Assembly (NCBI RefSeq): GCF_000341895.1
Contig: NC_020409.1
Coordinates: 270,001 to 302,000, forward strand
Length of the DNA stretch: 32,000 nucleotides
Direction of reading: 5' to 3'
From: Pseudodesulfovibrio piezophilus C1TLV30
GTDB lineage: Bacteria > Desulfobacterota > Desulfovibrionia > Desulfovibrionales > Desulfovibrionaceae
Under the pieces are notes generated by a model. The model ran no database searches. It was not told the origin of the DNA and saw only the letters and a program-made list of their open reading frames with translations. The position numbers and the translations under genes are program-made. Positions 24,369-32,000 of this stretch are shown here, one piece after another (the first letter of the stretch is position 1; every line of letters starts with the position of its first letter).

Positions 24369-27257
24369 TCATTGTCCGCAAGGGATTCTGTAGTCACACC
24401 ATTGGCATCTTCGTCCAGGCTGGGCACTCATTTCATCTGTTGTTAACATATGATGAATGAGTGCCTTGAGTAGCTTTGGTGTCATGGCTTCAACTACGTC
24501 CAATCGCTCTGCATCAGTCCATTTTTTGCCAAAGAGCAGCTCTGTTTTTCCATTTTCTGCAAGCTTGATGAGTCCCGCATCATGCGGAGTTTTTTTCTCG
24601 CATTGTTGAAAGAGATACATGTACATCGGGAGTTGAATACTCTGGACTGATTTCGCAAGGTCTGTCAGGAATGTTTTGTCAGGGACTCCATCTGTTACAT
24701 CGTATATCCGTTGCCAAATTTCCATATCTTCCCAGAATCCTTTTTGCGGAAGAACTCCGCCGCCTGTTTTGTAATCCAGGATGACAATACCTTCATCGCG
24801 CTCTTCAACCCGATCCAGGTAGCCCGTCAATGGAATGGAAAGAGAGTGTGAAGCATGAGTTGTAACCAGTTTTTTTTCAAGCCCGAGAAGGGTGGCCGGG
24901 ATCTGTGTTTCATGGAAGGCTTTGAGGCGAAAACGGCCTGTTTGAGTGAGTGCCAATCGTGTGTCATAGGGAAGATGTGTAAAATTGGCGTTCTCTTTGA
25001 AACGCTGTTCAAACATGGATAGAAGTGGCGTTGGGTCCAAAGAAGCAAAGTTGGTTTTTCTCCCAATGAATGGGCGCATATATTCACTGAGAACGTCATG
25101 GATAAGGGTGCCGAATTCACTTCTGTCTCCGTCTTCCACCACTTGTTGAACAGGGCGAATCCTACCGATTGTCTGATAGAAAAAAAGTTTTGGACACTGG
25201 AGATAGCGATCAAGGCCGGACGGAGATAATCCTTTTTCTTTAAGCGTTTTGTGCAAGGCTTCCCGTAATTGAGAGGTCATCGTTATTGAGCTGGTATTTT
25301 GCTGCAATGATCCCGCAGGAAAAGTAACAGTGTGAATCATATCACTTCCGTCAGTCAGAAGTTCCTGACTTTTCTTTTCCTGTTCCCAAAGAAGTTGTTC
25401 AACAAACCGACTTCGGACTGATTTGGAATCCAGCACCCCCGGTTTCGTACCACTTTGGTAATAGATAACGGTTTCTTTTGCCCCCATGAGAAGACGGTAA
25501 AAGTTATAACCAGAGACATTATCACGTTCTCTTGTATCAGGAAGGCCGAGGAGTTTGCGCAAAGGGTCAGGGAGAAGCGGGTCGTATGGATTGGTTCCGG
25601 GCAGTCTTTCCTCCACAGCGTCAAGAATGAAAAGCTGTTTGAAATGAAGCAATCGTGTTTCAAGTACTCCCAAGACCTGTAGCCCACCCAAGGGTTCAGC
25701 CTCAAATGATACCCTTTCTTGCGAAAGAATTTGCCGGAGCAAGGAAAACAAGGTTGTTTTGCTGAATTCCTCTTGTGCAGATTCAACACTGTTGAGTTGC
25801 GGTATAACGGATGTTGTCAATCTGAATAAACATTCGGCATCTACCAGATACGTATGCCACAGTTTTTCACCGTATTTGTGGAGCATGGAGGCGAGTTTGA
25901 CAAGGGCACTCCCCAGTGATTCGAGAGAGTTGATTGTTTCGAAAGTGGTTATACAGCAATTCAGTATCATGAGTCTGAGAGGATCGGCTTCCTTTTCGTT
26001 CAACTCTACCAGGATTTTATCTGCATAGGGCGGTTTCCATTCAAGAGGGGATATATATCGTTCTCCCAATCGTATGTCTGCCTCCCAAACATGAAAGATT
26101 TTTCGCAATGGTTTGTCATCAGCTCCCAGTAATCTCAGGTAAGGATGACGGATCAGGTTGACGACATCGCGCCAGTAATATCGGCCGTCTTCCAATTTGT
26201 TTTCTTGTAAGGTGAGTATGGCTTCAATCAGCCGGGCCAAGGACGTTCGGTCAAGGGGGTACCCCATGGAGATATTGGGTTCCTTGTCCGGCAAATGATG
26301 GAGCACCGGAAGCATTGCTCCTTCATCGGGAAGGATGACGGCACTATCATCAAGACTGCGTGTAGCCTCCATATCGTCAGATAATGCTGCGAGTTGGGAG
26401 TGTCTGTCGAATCCCTCACAGAAGCGGACATTCGGTTCGTGTGTTGAAGGAATAAACCCCGGCGGGATCTCCGCTTTGGTTCTCCATCTGTTGAGCCAGG
26501 CTGTATGCTCAGTGGTGGCCCAATGTTTTCGCCCTCCTACCGCAAGGGCTGGGTCGGAATGAATTATGGGATGAAGGACATTGTCATCCCACAGCCGTCT
26601 GAATAGAATGTCTTCCGCGCCGCTGAGGGCATAAAAACCAGCAGCAATGATAGGTGAATCTGCCAAATGGTCTGAAATTTTTGCAATGTTTTTCGTAATG
26701 AACCGCCAGTCAAGCCCTGGAGTTGTCCAGTTCCGAGCAAAGAGCCGGGTGATATATTCGTGGTGAATGGTGCTTATTTGTTCCAGCAAGCCACTCGCAT
26801 ATTGCGAAACTTCTCCTTCCATATACTTTAGGTCTTCCGGTTCCATATTCTGGCGGAGAAGGTCCTCCATGAGTTTTACCAAGCGAATGCCCCAAGGAAG
26901 AAAATCTTCTCTGCTCAATTCCGGCAAGCGAGCCAGTAGCCCTGTCCCTGATTGTCTGAGGTCACTGATAATTTCACGTAACAATTCGACAAGATCAAGT
27001 TGATGAACAGGTTTCACAGGAGGAGTGATCATTTCTCGTCTGATTTCTGTAATGAATTCGACAATGGAAATCATGCGAGGGAGAAAAACAGGTCGAGGGA
27101 GGTTTATATCCTCTTTTAAATGGATTTTGAGATATCTTTTAGGCCGGTTATGAGGGAAAAGCACCGTACATTGACTCAAGTCATCTCGCTGAACCAGGAT
27201 ATCTGAAAGAGCGGTCATGAAATCCTGATTCCAGGGAATAAGCGTGAATGTTCTCAT
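24369..27257 (-). CDS. addB: AddB-like subunit of a helicase-nuclease (PD-(D/E)XK nuclease with iron-staple Cys motif)
   Basis: C-terminal nuclease motif GIVILDYKTGG. Four-Cys pattern: YLQCPKLFFY upstream plus terminal CQWCDYRIPC (C-X2-C-X5-C). The N-terminal helicase-like region has no obvious Walker A. It is abutted to addA. Confidence 0.8.
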   Translation of the reverse strand: MRTFTLIPWNQDFMTALSDILVQRDDLSQCTVLFPHNRPKRYLKIHLKEDINLPRPVFLPRMISIVEFITEIRREMITPPVKPVHQLDLVELLREIISDLRQSGTGLLARLPELSREDFLPWGIRLVKLMEDLLRQNMEPEDLKYMEGEVSQYASGLLEQISTIHHEYITRLFARNWTTPGLDWRFITKNIAKISDHLADSPIIAAGFYALSGAEDILFRRLWDDNVLHPIIHSDPALAVGGRKHWATTEHTAWLNRWRTKAEIPPGFIPSTHEPNVRFCEGFDRHSQLAALSDDMEATRSLDDSAVILPDEGAMLPVLHHLPDKEPNISMGYPLDRTSLARLIEAILTLQENKLEDGRYYWRDVVNLIRHPYLRLLGADDKPLRKIFHVWEADIRLGERYISPLEWKPPYADKILVELNEKEADPLRLMILNCCITTFETINSLESLGSALVKLASMLHKYGEKLWHTYLVDAECLFRLTTSVIPQLNSVESAQEEFSKTTLFSLLRQILSQERVSFEAEPLGGLQVLGVLETRLLHFKQLFILDAVEERLPGTNPYDPLLPDPLRKLLGLPDTRERDNVSGYNFYRLLMGAKETVIYYQSGTKPGVLDSKSVRSRFVEQLLWEQEKKSQELLTDGSDMIHTVTFPAGSLQQNTSSITMTSQLREALHKTLKEKGLSPSGLDRYLQCPKLFFYQTIGRIRPVQQVVEDGDRSEFGTLIHDVLSEYMRPFIGRKTNFASLDPTPLLSMFEQRFKENANFTHLPYDTRLALTQTGRFRLKAFHETQIPATLLGLEKKLVTTHASHSLSIPLTGYLDRVEERDEGIVILDYKTGGGVLPQKGFWEDMEIWQRIYDVTDGVPDKTFLTDLAKSVQSIQLPMYMYLFQQCEKKTPHDAGLIKLAENGKTELLFGKKWTDAERLDVVEAMTPKLLKALIHHMLTTDEMSAQPGRRCQWCDYRIPCGQ

Positions 27258-30200
27258 CTAATTAGTCTCCCTGACTTCACGAATTTCCTGAAGGTCAAGA
27301 TAGACAAGGTAGCCTTTTGCTGGTGTTAACCCACTCATTTGATTGAGTATCTGCATATAATCAAGCACTTGTTCCTGATTCTTTGGCGAGGGGCGGCCTG
27401 TCTTGAAATCGACGACGATTGTTTCCGGGGTGCGACAGAGAAGATCAAACCGTTTGAAATTCCCTTCAGCGTCCATGATTTCCGGCTCTTTTTCTCCTCC
27501 ACTGAGCCATTGTCGTAAGGTAGGATTACCAAGGACCCAGCCGACCATGGTTCGAAGATCATCTTCAAGACGATCGAATTCTTTTTTTCCCAAAGCTCCC
27601 AGCGCAGGAAAATCTTGAAAAGCCAGAGAGATGGCCCTATTCATATCGATCAGATCATTGTCAGTCACTTGTAAGTGCTCCATGGTTCTGTGGGCGACTT
27701 CCCCTCTCATCTTTTCATTGTAGAAGTACTCGTCGAGGTTATGCCTATAGATCCGAAGACGGGGGAGCCATTCCATGAGCTGAGGATATTGATCTTGTTC
27801 CTCAAGTATAACTGGAGGCTTGGCTGGTTCCACTTTTGATATTTTCCCTTGTGTCGGTATGCTGCCATATTCTAAAATAGGTTCATCATTCATATTCAAA
27901 AAAAGATTCATAGCTACTGATGCAGGGCATTTTGCAGAGCTTTCCGTGAAAAATCCGTAAAGTTCCTCTCGTGCCCGAGTCCAGGCGACATAGAGAAGGT
28001 TGAGTTGTTCCTTTGCGGATCGGCCAAGACTGGTAAGGTACGGTTTTCCGAGTCCTTTTCTCATGGGAACCAGAAGACGATGCTTTTTATGAGAGCGAAT
28101 AACAAAATCCTTGTCCGGTTTGGCTGCCCAGTTATGAAACGGGATGATGACCACGGGAAATTCAAGTCCCTTTGATTTATAAATAGTCATAATTCTCACT
28201 GCATCAATATTCTCTGGCAGTGGGACCTTTTCTTCACTTGATTTCTCTTCCCAGTATTCGAGAAATCCCGAGAGTGAACCATACCCATTTTCTTCTGCCA
28301 GGTGGATAACCTCCAGAAAACGGCGGACATACAGTTCTGCTTCGGGATGGCGTTCAAATACTCGGAATGTGCGAATGGCTTCTCGGACAAGGTCGTAAGG
28401 CGTCATTAGCCCTGATTGATTATAAAATGGCTCAATAAAATATTTCCATTCATTGGGGAAATCTTCTCGGAAACAGACTCCAAGAGGACGTTTTCTCGGA
28501 TGACTGAGCCAGTCAAGAAAATCAGTTTCTTCCATCATGGCCTCAGCCTGAAAGACTTCTCGACCTGAAGCAAAAGTAAGAAATGCGAGATCATCCCTTG
28601 GAAAGTCGAGAAATGCGAGAAAAGCTGCAAGTTGACGGATGATAGGGTGCCTATCAAGTTGGAGAGAGTTTTCCGTAATGACCGGAATGTTTTTCTGGAC
28701 CAGCAGATCACAAATCAGCGAAGCATGGGTATGTGTTCTGACAAGAATCGCCAGGTCACGGAAACGTCGCCGTTGTGTCAGTTCATCCAGAAGTTGACTG
28801 AGAGAATCAAGAACCGCTGTTTCGGTTTCGTCATTGGTGCCACCAGAAAGGAGTTCCATGCGAACATAGCCTTCACTTGTGAGGTTCTTATCGCAAATGG
28901 CTTGTGAGCATGCTGAAAAGCTTTGAGTGAGCTCCTCAGCAAAAGATTTTCGGAAGTCTTCAGGAGCACCTTTGAAAAGCGTTTCCGTGAGTTCGGAGGA
29001 TTGGAATGGATTTGTGAAGTTGTCAAAAAAGGTATTGTTGAATTCAACAATGTTTTTAAAACTCCGCCAATTCGCAGGTAAGGAGTCATGCTCTTTGGTA
29101 AGAGCGAGCGAAGCGACCTCTGGTTGCATCATAACTTCATCAAAAAGAGCGGAGTCGCCGCCACGCCAACCATAGATAGCCTGTTTGACATCTCCGACAT
29201 AGAAAAGGCTGCCGCCTTTGGCCAGACATTCTTGCGCGAGGGGAGTGATGGCCTGCCACTGAGCACGGCTGGTGTCCTGAAATTCATCCACTAAAAGATG
29301 ATGCAGCCGACATCCCAAGCGGCAGTAAGCCTCGGAGACAGGGTCACCGTAAGCCAAGAGAGCATTGACAAACCCGGCAAGGGAAGAACCAAGGATCAAT
29401 CCGCGTTGTTTTTGCAGTTCATCCAGTCCATTTAAAAGCCTGAGAGCAATATTGATAGCTGGAGCGAGAAAGTAAGCTCCTGTCAATGTCGCGTGCTCTA
29501 TAGCATAGTGGGAGCATGCCCGTTTGAGGGCGGCATATTCTGCTTCTGCCCGAGCATCAACTTTCTCTTTTCCAGCTTTATTGACGCAGTCCTGTAAGCT
29601 TGGTTTGTGTATAAAGGTCGAGTCCTTGGGTGTCTCAAAAAGCTCAGTGGCGAGGCTCTTTTTCAGATAAGTAACAAATCGTTTGTCAAATGGGAGTCCT
29701 GTGTCAGTGAAATACTCCAAAGTGCACTGGATGGTTTGTTTGTAATCTGCAAATGTTGCAGTCAATAAGCCCTTTATGGTTTCCTGGTCGCACAGGAGGG
29801 GCGTTTCTTCGGTCCGAAGGAATTGTGCCATCTCGAAAAGTCGTTTTCGAACTGTGTCCTGCATCCAGAACCCACCTTTCCCTTCGTTTTGTATCATGGT
29901 GGAAACTGTGGAAGAGAGTAAGTCCTGTTCACTGCCGCTTTCTATGCACATATTAATGAAATGATCATAGACAGTATCGAAAAGCTCCCGTTCTTCGAAG
30001 ACGATTTGAAAATCAGGACGGATGCCGAATTCCAGCGCAAAAAGCCGGAGAAGTAATGCGAGGAGGGAATCAATAGTACGAATGTTGAGTCGATGGTATC
30101 GACGTAATATAGTGTCGATGGCTTTTGAAGCTGTTTCAGAGGAGCATTCCGACAGGTTGGTATTCAACCCTAAAGCAGCTTCCTTAAGGCCGACTACGAC

Positions 30201-30404
30201 CCTTTCTTTCATTTCCGTTGCAGCTTTGTTGGTGAACGTCACAGCCATGATTTCCGGCCATGCATAGCCGTGTCGGGGGCTGCTGGTGCAGGCAAAGGGC
30301 TTACTGTCTGATTCTGCATTTTCCAGAAGGCTGAGGAATCGGCTGGTCAATTGATATGTCTTGCCTGATCCTGCTGAGGCTTTGACCTGTTTAAGTTCTG
30401 ACAT
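27258..30404 (-). CDS. addA: AddA-like UvrD/Rep-family helicase with C-terminal RecB-type nuclease
   Basis: SF1 motifs: ASAGSGKT (I), LLVDEFQDTS (II), VGDVKQAIYGWRGG (III), TIYKSKGLEFPVVII (V), LLYVAWTRAREEL (VI). C-terminal nuclease: IVVDFKTG...QVLDYMQIL. Confidence 0.88.
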   Translation of the reverse strand: MSELKQVKASAGSGKTYQLTSRFLSLLENAESDSKPFACTSSPRHGYAWPEIMAVTFTNKAATEMKERVVVGLKEAALGLNTNLSECSSETASKAIDTILRRYHRLNIRTIDSLLALLLRLFALEFGIRPDFQIVFEERELFDTVYDHFINMCIESGSEQDLLSSTVSTMIQNEGKGGFWMQDTVRKRLFEMAQFLRTEETPLLCDQETIKGLLTATFADYKQTIQCTLEYFTDTGLPFDKRFVTYLKKSLATELFETPKDSTFIHKPSLQDCVNKAGKEKVDARAEAEYAALKRACSHYAIEHATLTGAYFLAPAINIALRLLNGLDELQKQRGLILGSSLAGFVNALLAYGDPVSEAYCRLGCRLHHLLVDEFQDTSRAQWQAITPLAQECLAKGGSLFYVGDVKQAIYGWRGGDSALFDEVMMQPEVASLALTKEHDSLPANWRSFKNIVEFNNTFFDNFTNPFQSSELTETLFKGAPEDFRKSFAEELTQSFSACSQAICDKNLTSEGYVRMELLSGGTNDETETAVLDSLSQLLDELTQRRRFRDLAILVRTHTHASLICDLLVQKNIPVITENSLQLDRHPIIRQLAAFLAFLDFPRDDLAFLTFASGREVFQAEAMMEETDFLDWLSHPRKRPLGVCFREDFPNEWKYFIEPFYNQSGLMTPYDLVREAIRTFRVFERHPEAELYVRRFLEVIHLAEENGYGSLSGFLEYWEEKSSEEKVPLPENIDAVRIMTIYKSKGLEFPVVIIPFHNWAAKPDKDFVIRSHKKHRLLVPMRKGLGKPYLTSLGRSAKEQLNLLYVAWTRAREELYGFFTESSAKCPASVAMNLFLNMNDEPILEYGSIPTQGKISKVEPAKPPVILEEQDQYPQLMEWLPRLRIYRHNLDEYFYNEKMRGEVAHRTMEHLQVTDNDLIDMNRAISLAFQDFPALGALGKKEFDRLEDDLRTMVGWVLGNPTLRQWLSGGEKEPEIMDAEGNFKRFDLLCRTPETIVVDFKTGRPSPKNQEQVLDYMQILNQMSGLTPAKGYLVYLDLQEIREVRETN

Positions 30405-30407
30405 TGA

Positions 30408-31298
30408 CTATACCTCGACACCGGCTGTGTGGCTTGTTTTGGAACCAGACATAACAACCAGAAAAACGGCTGCGATGATCAGGCAACTGCCAGCATATCC
30501 TGACAGAGAAAAGTGTTCATCAAAAAGGAGGTAGGCAAAAACTGCGGCTACAACAGGTTCAAAGGTTGCGATGACAGAAGCATACGTGGCTTCAAGTCGT
30601 TTCAGTCCTGCATAGTATGCGCTAAAAGCGCCGTAAGCTGTTACCACGGCCAAACCAACAAGAAGTCCCCAAGCATAAGGTGTTTTGTGTTGGAACTCGA
30701 TGAATGGAAACAACATGGCTGAACCGATGGGTAAAGCGTAAAGAAAAATTGTCGGGGTAGGATACTTGTGGAAAAATTTTTTCCCGAAAATATAGTAGAG
30801 TGCATAAGTGAACCCTGAGATGAGGCCCATACTCAGACCAAATGTGTTCAATGGCATGGTTGTTGCGCTTACTATTGTGGGACCGAGGCAGATGCACCCA
30901 ACTCCAATAATGGTTATGAGGACACTGAGCATTTTTACTGGTGTCATTTCTTCTTTGAGGAGAAGCCAGGACATCAACGCTACCCATGCAGGCGCTGTAT
31001 ACAAGAGTACTGCAGCCATTGCCATGCCGATATCACGAATGGCAATTTGATATGAACCGTAGAAGAGCGTAATACAGATTATACCAAATCCACATATGAC
31101 GGGGAGATCATTTCGCCTGACTGAGACTTGTTTCCGAAGGAAAGCATGAACTGCGAAGAGAACCCATCCTAACATTGCTCGCCAAAAAGCTATTTCCAAA
31201 GGAGCAATGCCTTCTGCCAAGAGTTCTTTGGCAAATATTCCGGTGCTTCCCCACATAAAGGCAGCACAGACGACATAGAGAAAACCACGGAAGTCCAT
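30408..31298 (-). CDS. EamA-family (DMT superfamily) transporter
   Basis: 296 aa with about 10 hydrophobic helices in a two-repeat EamA arrangement. AAGGA RBS. Its stop lies 3 nt before the addA ATG. Confidence 0.8.
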   Translation of the reverse strand: MDFRGFLYVVCAAFMWGSTGIFAKELLAEGIAPLEIAFWRAMLGWVLFAVHAFLRKQVSVRRNDLPVICGFGIICITLFYGSYQIAIRDIGMAMAAVLLYTAPAWVALMSWLLLKEEMTPVKMLSVLITIIGVGCICLGPTIVSATTMPLNTFGLSMGLISGFTYALYYIFGKKFFHKYPTPTIFLYALPIGSAMLFPFIEFQHKTPYAWGLLVGLAVVTAYGAFSAYYAGLKRLEATYASVIATFEPVVAAVFAYLLFDEHFSLSGYAGSCLIIAAVFLVVMSGSKTSHTAGVEV

Positions 31299-31475
31299 TA
31301 AGATATCCTTTTTCGAACAATGAGGGTGGCATAAATCGTTTGCATATATCTACCTTGATCTGGTTAGAGTGAAGCACTATCCGCAGAATTCATTTAGGCT
31401 TTTTCATTCTTTGCGTCAAAGGGGGACAAGATAATCCATTGCCTTCCAAGGGGCTGTCCGTATATACTTCGCCGT

Positions 31476-32000
31476 ATGGAAAATAAGGATATATATATTG
31501 TACCGGATGAGCTGGAGGGTGTGCGTCTTGATAAACTCCTGGCAGAAATTGTTCCTGATGCAGGGTTGCGTTTACGGCGTCGCCTTTGCAACGAAGGGAC
31601 TGTCTTGGCAGGAGAGAGAATTAGAAAACCGGGGTATAAGGTGAAGGGCGGACAAGAGATTGTCCTGCTCTCAAAGGATAGGCAAATGTCGCAGAATCAA
31701 TTTGGCGTGCGTGTTGTCAAAAAAGCTGGTCTGTTTGCTGCTGTTTTCAAACCTGGGGGTATCCATTCGGCCGATATTGCCGGAAAAGACTCTCTAAGTA
31801 TTGAATCTTTATTACCTGATCTTTTGGATGGGGAATCACCAATCTTGCTCAATCGTTTGGATTTCTTAACGTCCGGGTTGCTTCTCGTTGCAATGAGTAA
31901 TGAAGGGGCAAGTTTGTATCGAGAGCTTGAGTCATCGGGAAAAATTAAGAAATTTTATCAGGCCAAAGTACACGGGCGTTTAGATGGAGTTTTTACGATC
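31476..32000 (+). CDS. RluA-family pseudouridine synthase, N-terminal part (runs off the window)
   Basis: This ORF is not in the ORF track because no stop is reached. Hand translation gives MENKDIYIVPDELEGVRLDKLLAEI... (S4-like) and then LLNRLDFLTSGLLLVA, the catalytic-Asp motif (compare HRLDxxTSG). Confidence 0.75.
   Translation, partial: MENKDIYIVPDELEGVRLDKLLAEIVPDAGLRLRRRLCNEGTVLAGERIRKPGYKVKGGQEIVLLSKDRQMSQNQFGVRVVKKAGLFAAVFKPGGIHSADIAGKDSLSIESLLPDLLDGESPILLNRLDFLTSGLLLVAMSNEGASLYRELESSGKIKKFYQAKVHGRLDGVFTI

Noticed and set aside
24140-24460. 106-aa plus-strand ORF overlapping the addB 3' end
   Set aside because: It is antisense to the addB terminus and to the decayed minus-strand frames. 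It has no RBS and a hydrophobic, Cys-rich, noise-like sequence.
31327-31344. Sigma54-like motif TGGCAT-aaatcgtt-TGCA upstream of the pseudouridine synthase gene
   Set aside because: The GG and GC dinucleotides are separated by 12 nt rather than the required 10, so it does not fit the -24/-12 geometry.
31394-31591. 65-aa minus-strand ORF
   Set aside because: It is Arg/Ser-rich and antisense to the 5' end of the well-supported RluA-family gene.
1-32000. Scan for CRISPR arrays, IS elements, long direct or tandem repeats, and rRNA
   Set aside because: I saw no regularly spaced repeats, transposase-like ORFs or rRNA-like sequence. This was visual inspection only, so short or degenerate repeats could have been missed.

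Overview
This looks like an ordinary chromosomal window with tightly packed housekeeping and metabolic genes. By eye the GC content is moderate. The gene content, especially a fused AccA/AccD carboxyltransferase, suggests a Desulfovibrionales-like deltaproteobacterium, but that is inference and was not verified.

Plus strand, 1-6.9 kb: motA (partial), motB, a single-domain PilZ protein, biotin carboxylase, the fused AccA-AccD carboxyltransferase, a BCCP-like protein, a 114-aa unknown and ssb. These genes are closely spaced or abutting and end at one strong bidirectional terminator.

Minus strand, 6.9-11.9 kb: a choline-to-glycine-betaine cluster made of a GntR/FadR-type regulator, betA, betB and an OpuAC-type binding protein. 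Three TGGT-N3-ACC(A) boxes lie upstream of the regulator.

The rest of the window, in order:
- hisH-hisF
- a translationally coupled operon encoding a CoA-binding protein, a YkgJ-type Cys-cluster protein and a J-domain protein
- an M24 Xaa-Pro peptidase
- dsbD followed by an iron alcohol dehydrogenase
- tRNA-Lys(CUU)
- a small Cys-containing orphan gene
- an NMO/FabK-like flavoprotein
- an LhgO-like FAD oxidoreductase
- about 450 bp of broken reading frames
- eamA-addA-addB
- the 5' part of an RluA-family pseudouridine synthase

I saw no CRISPR array, transposase, integrase, phage genes or obvious defence island, and I cannot point to a convincing novel multi-gene system. The best candidates for a second look are:
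- the non-canonical acetyl-CoA-carboxylase-like module, which has a tandem degenerate biotinyl-domain protein, a carboxyltransferase (CT) fusion with an unexplained insert and altered zinc ribbon, and a coupled 114-aa unknown
- the predicted GntR operators
- the CoA-binding/YkgJ/J-protein operon
- two unassigned intergenic segments

All family assignments come from reading motifs by eye. No searches were run.
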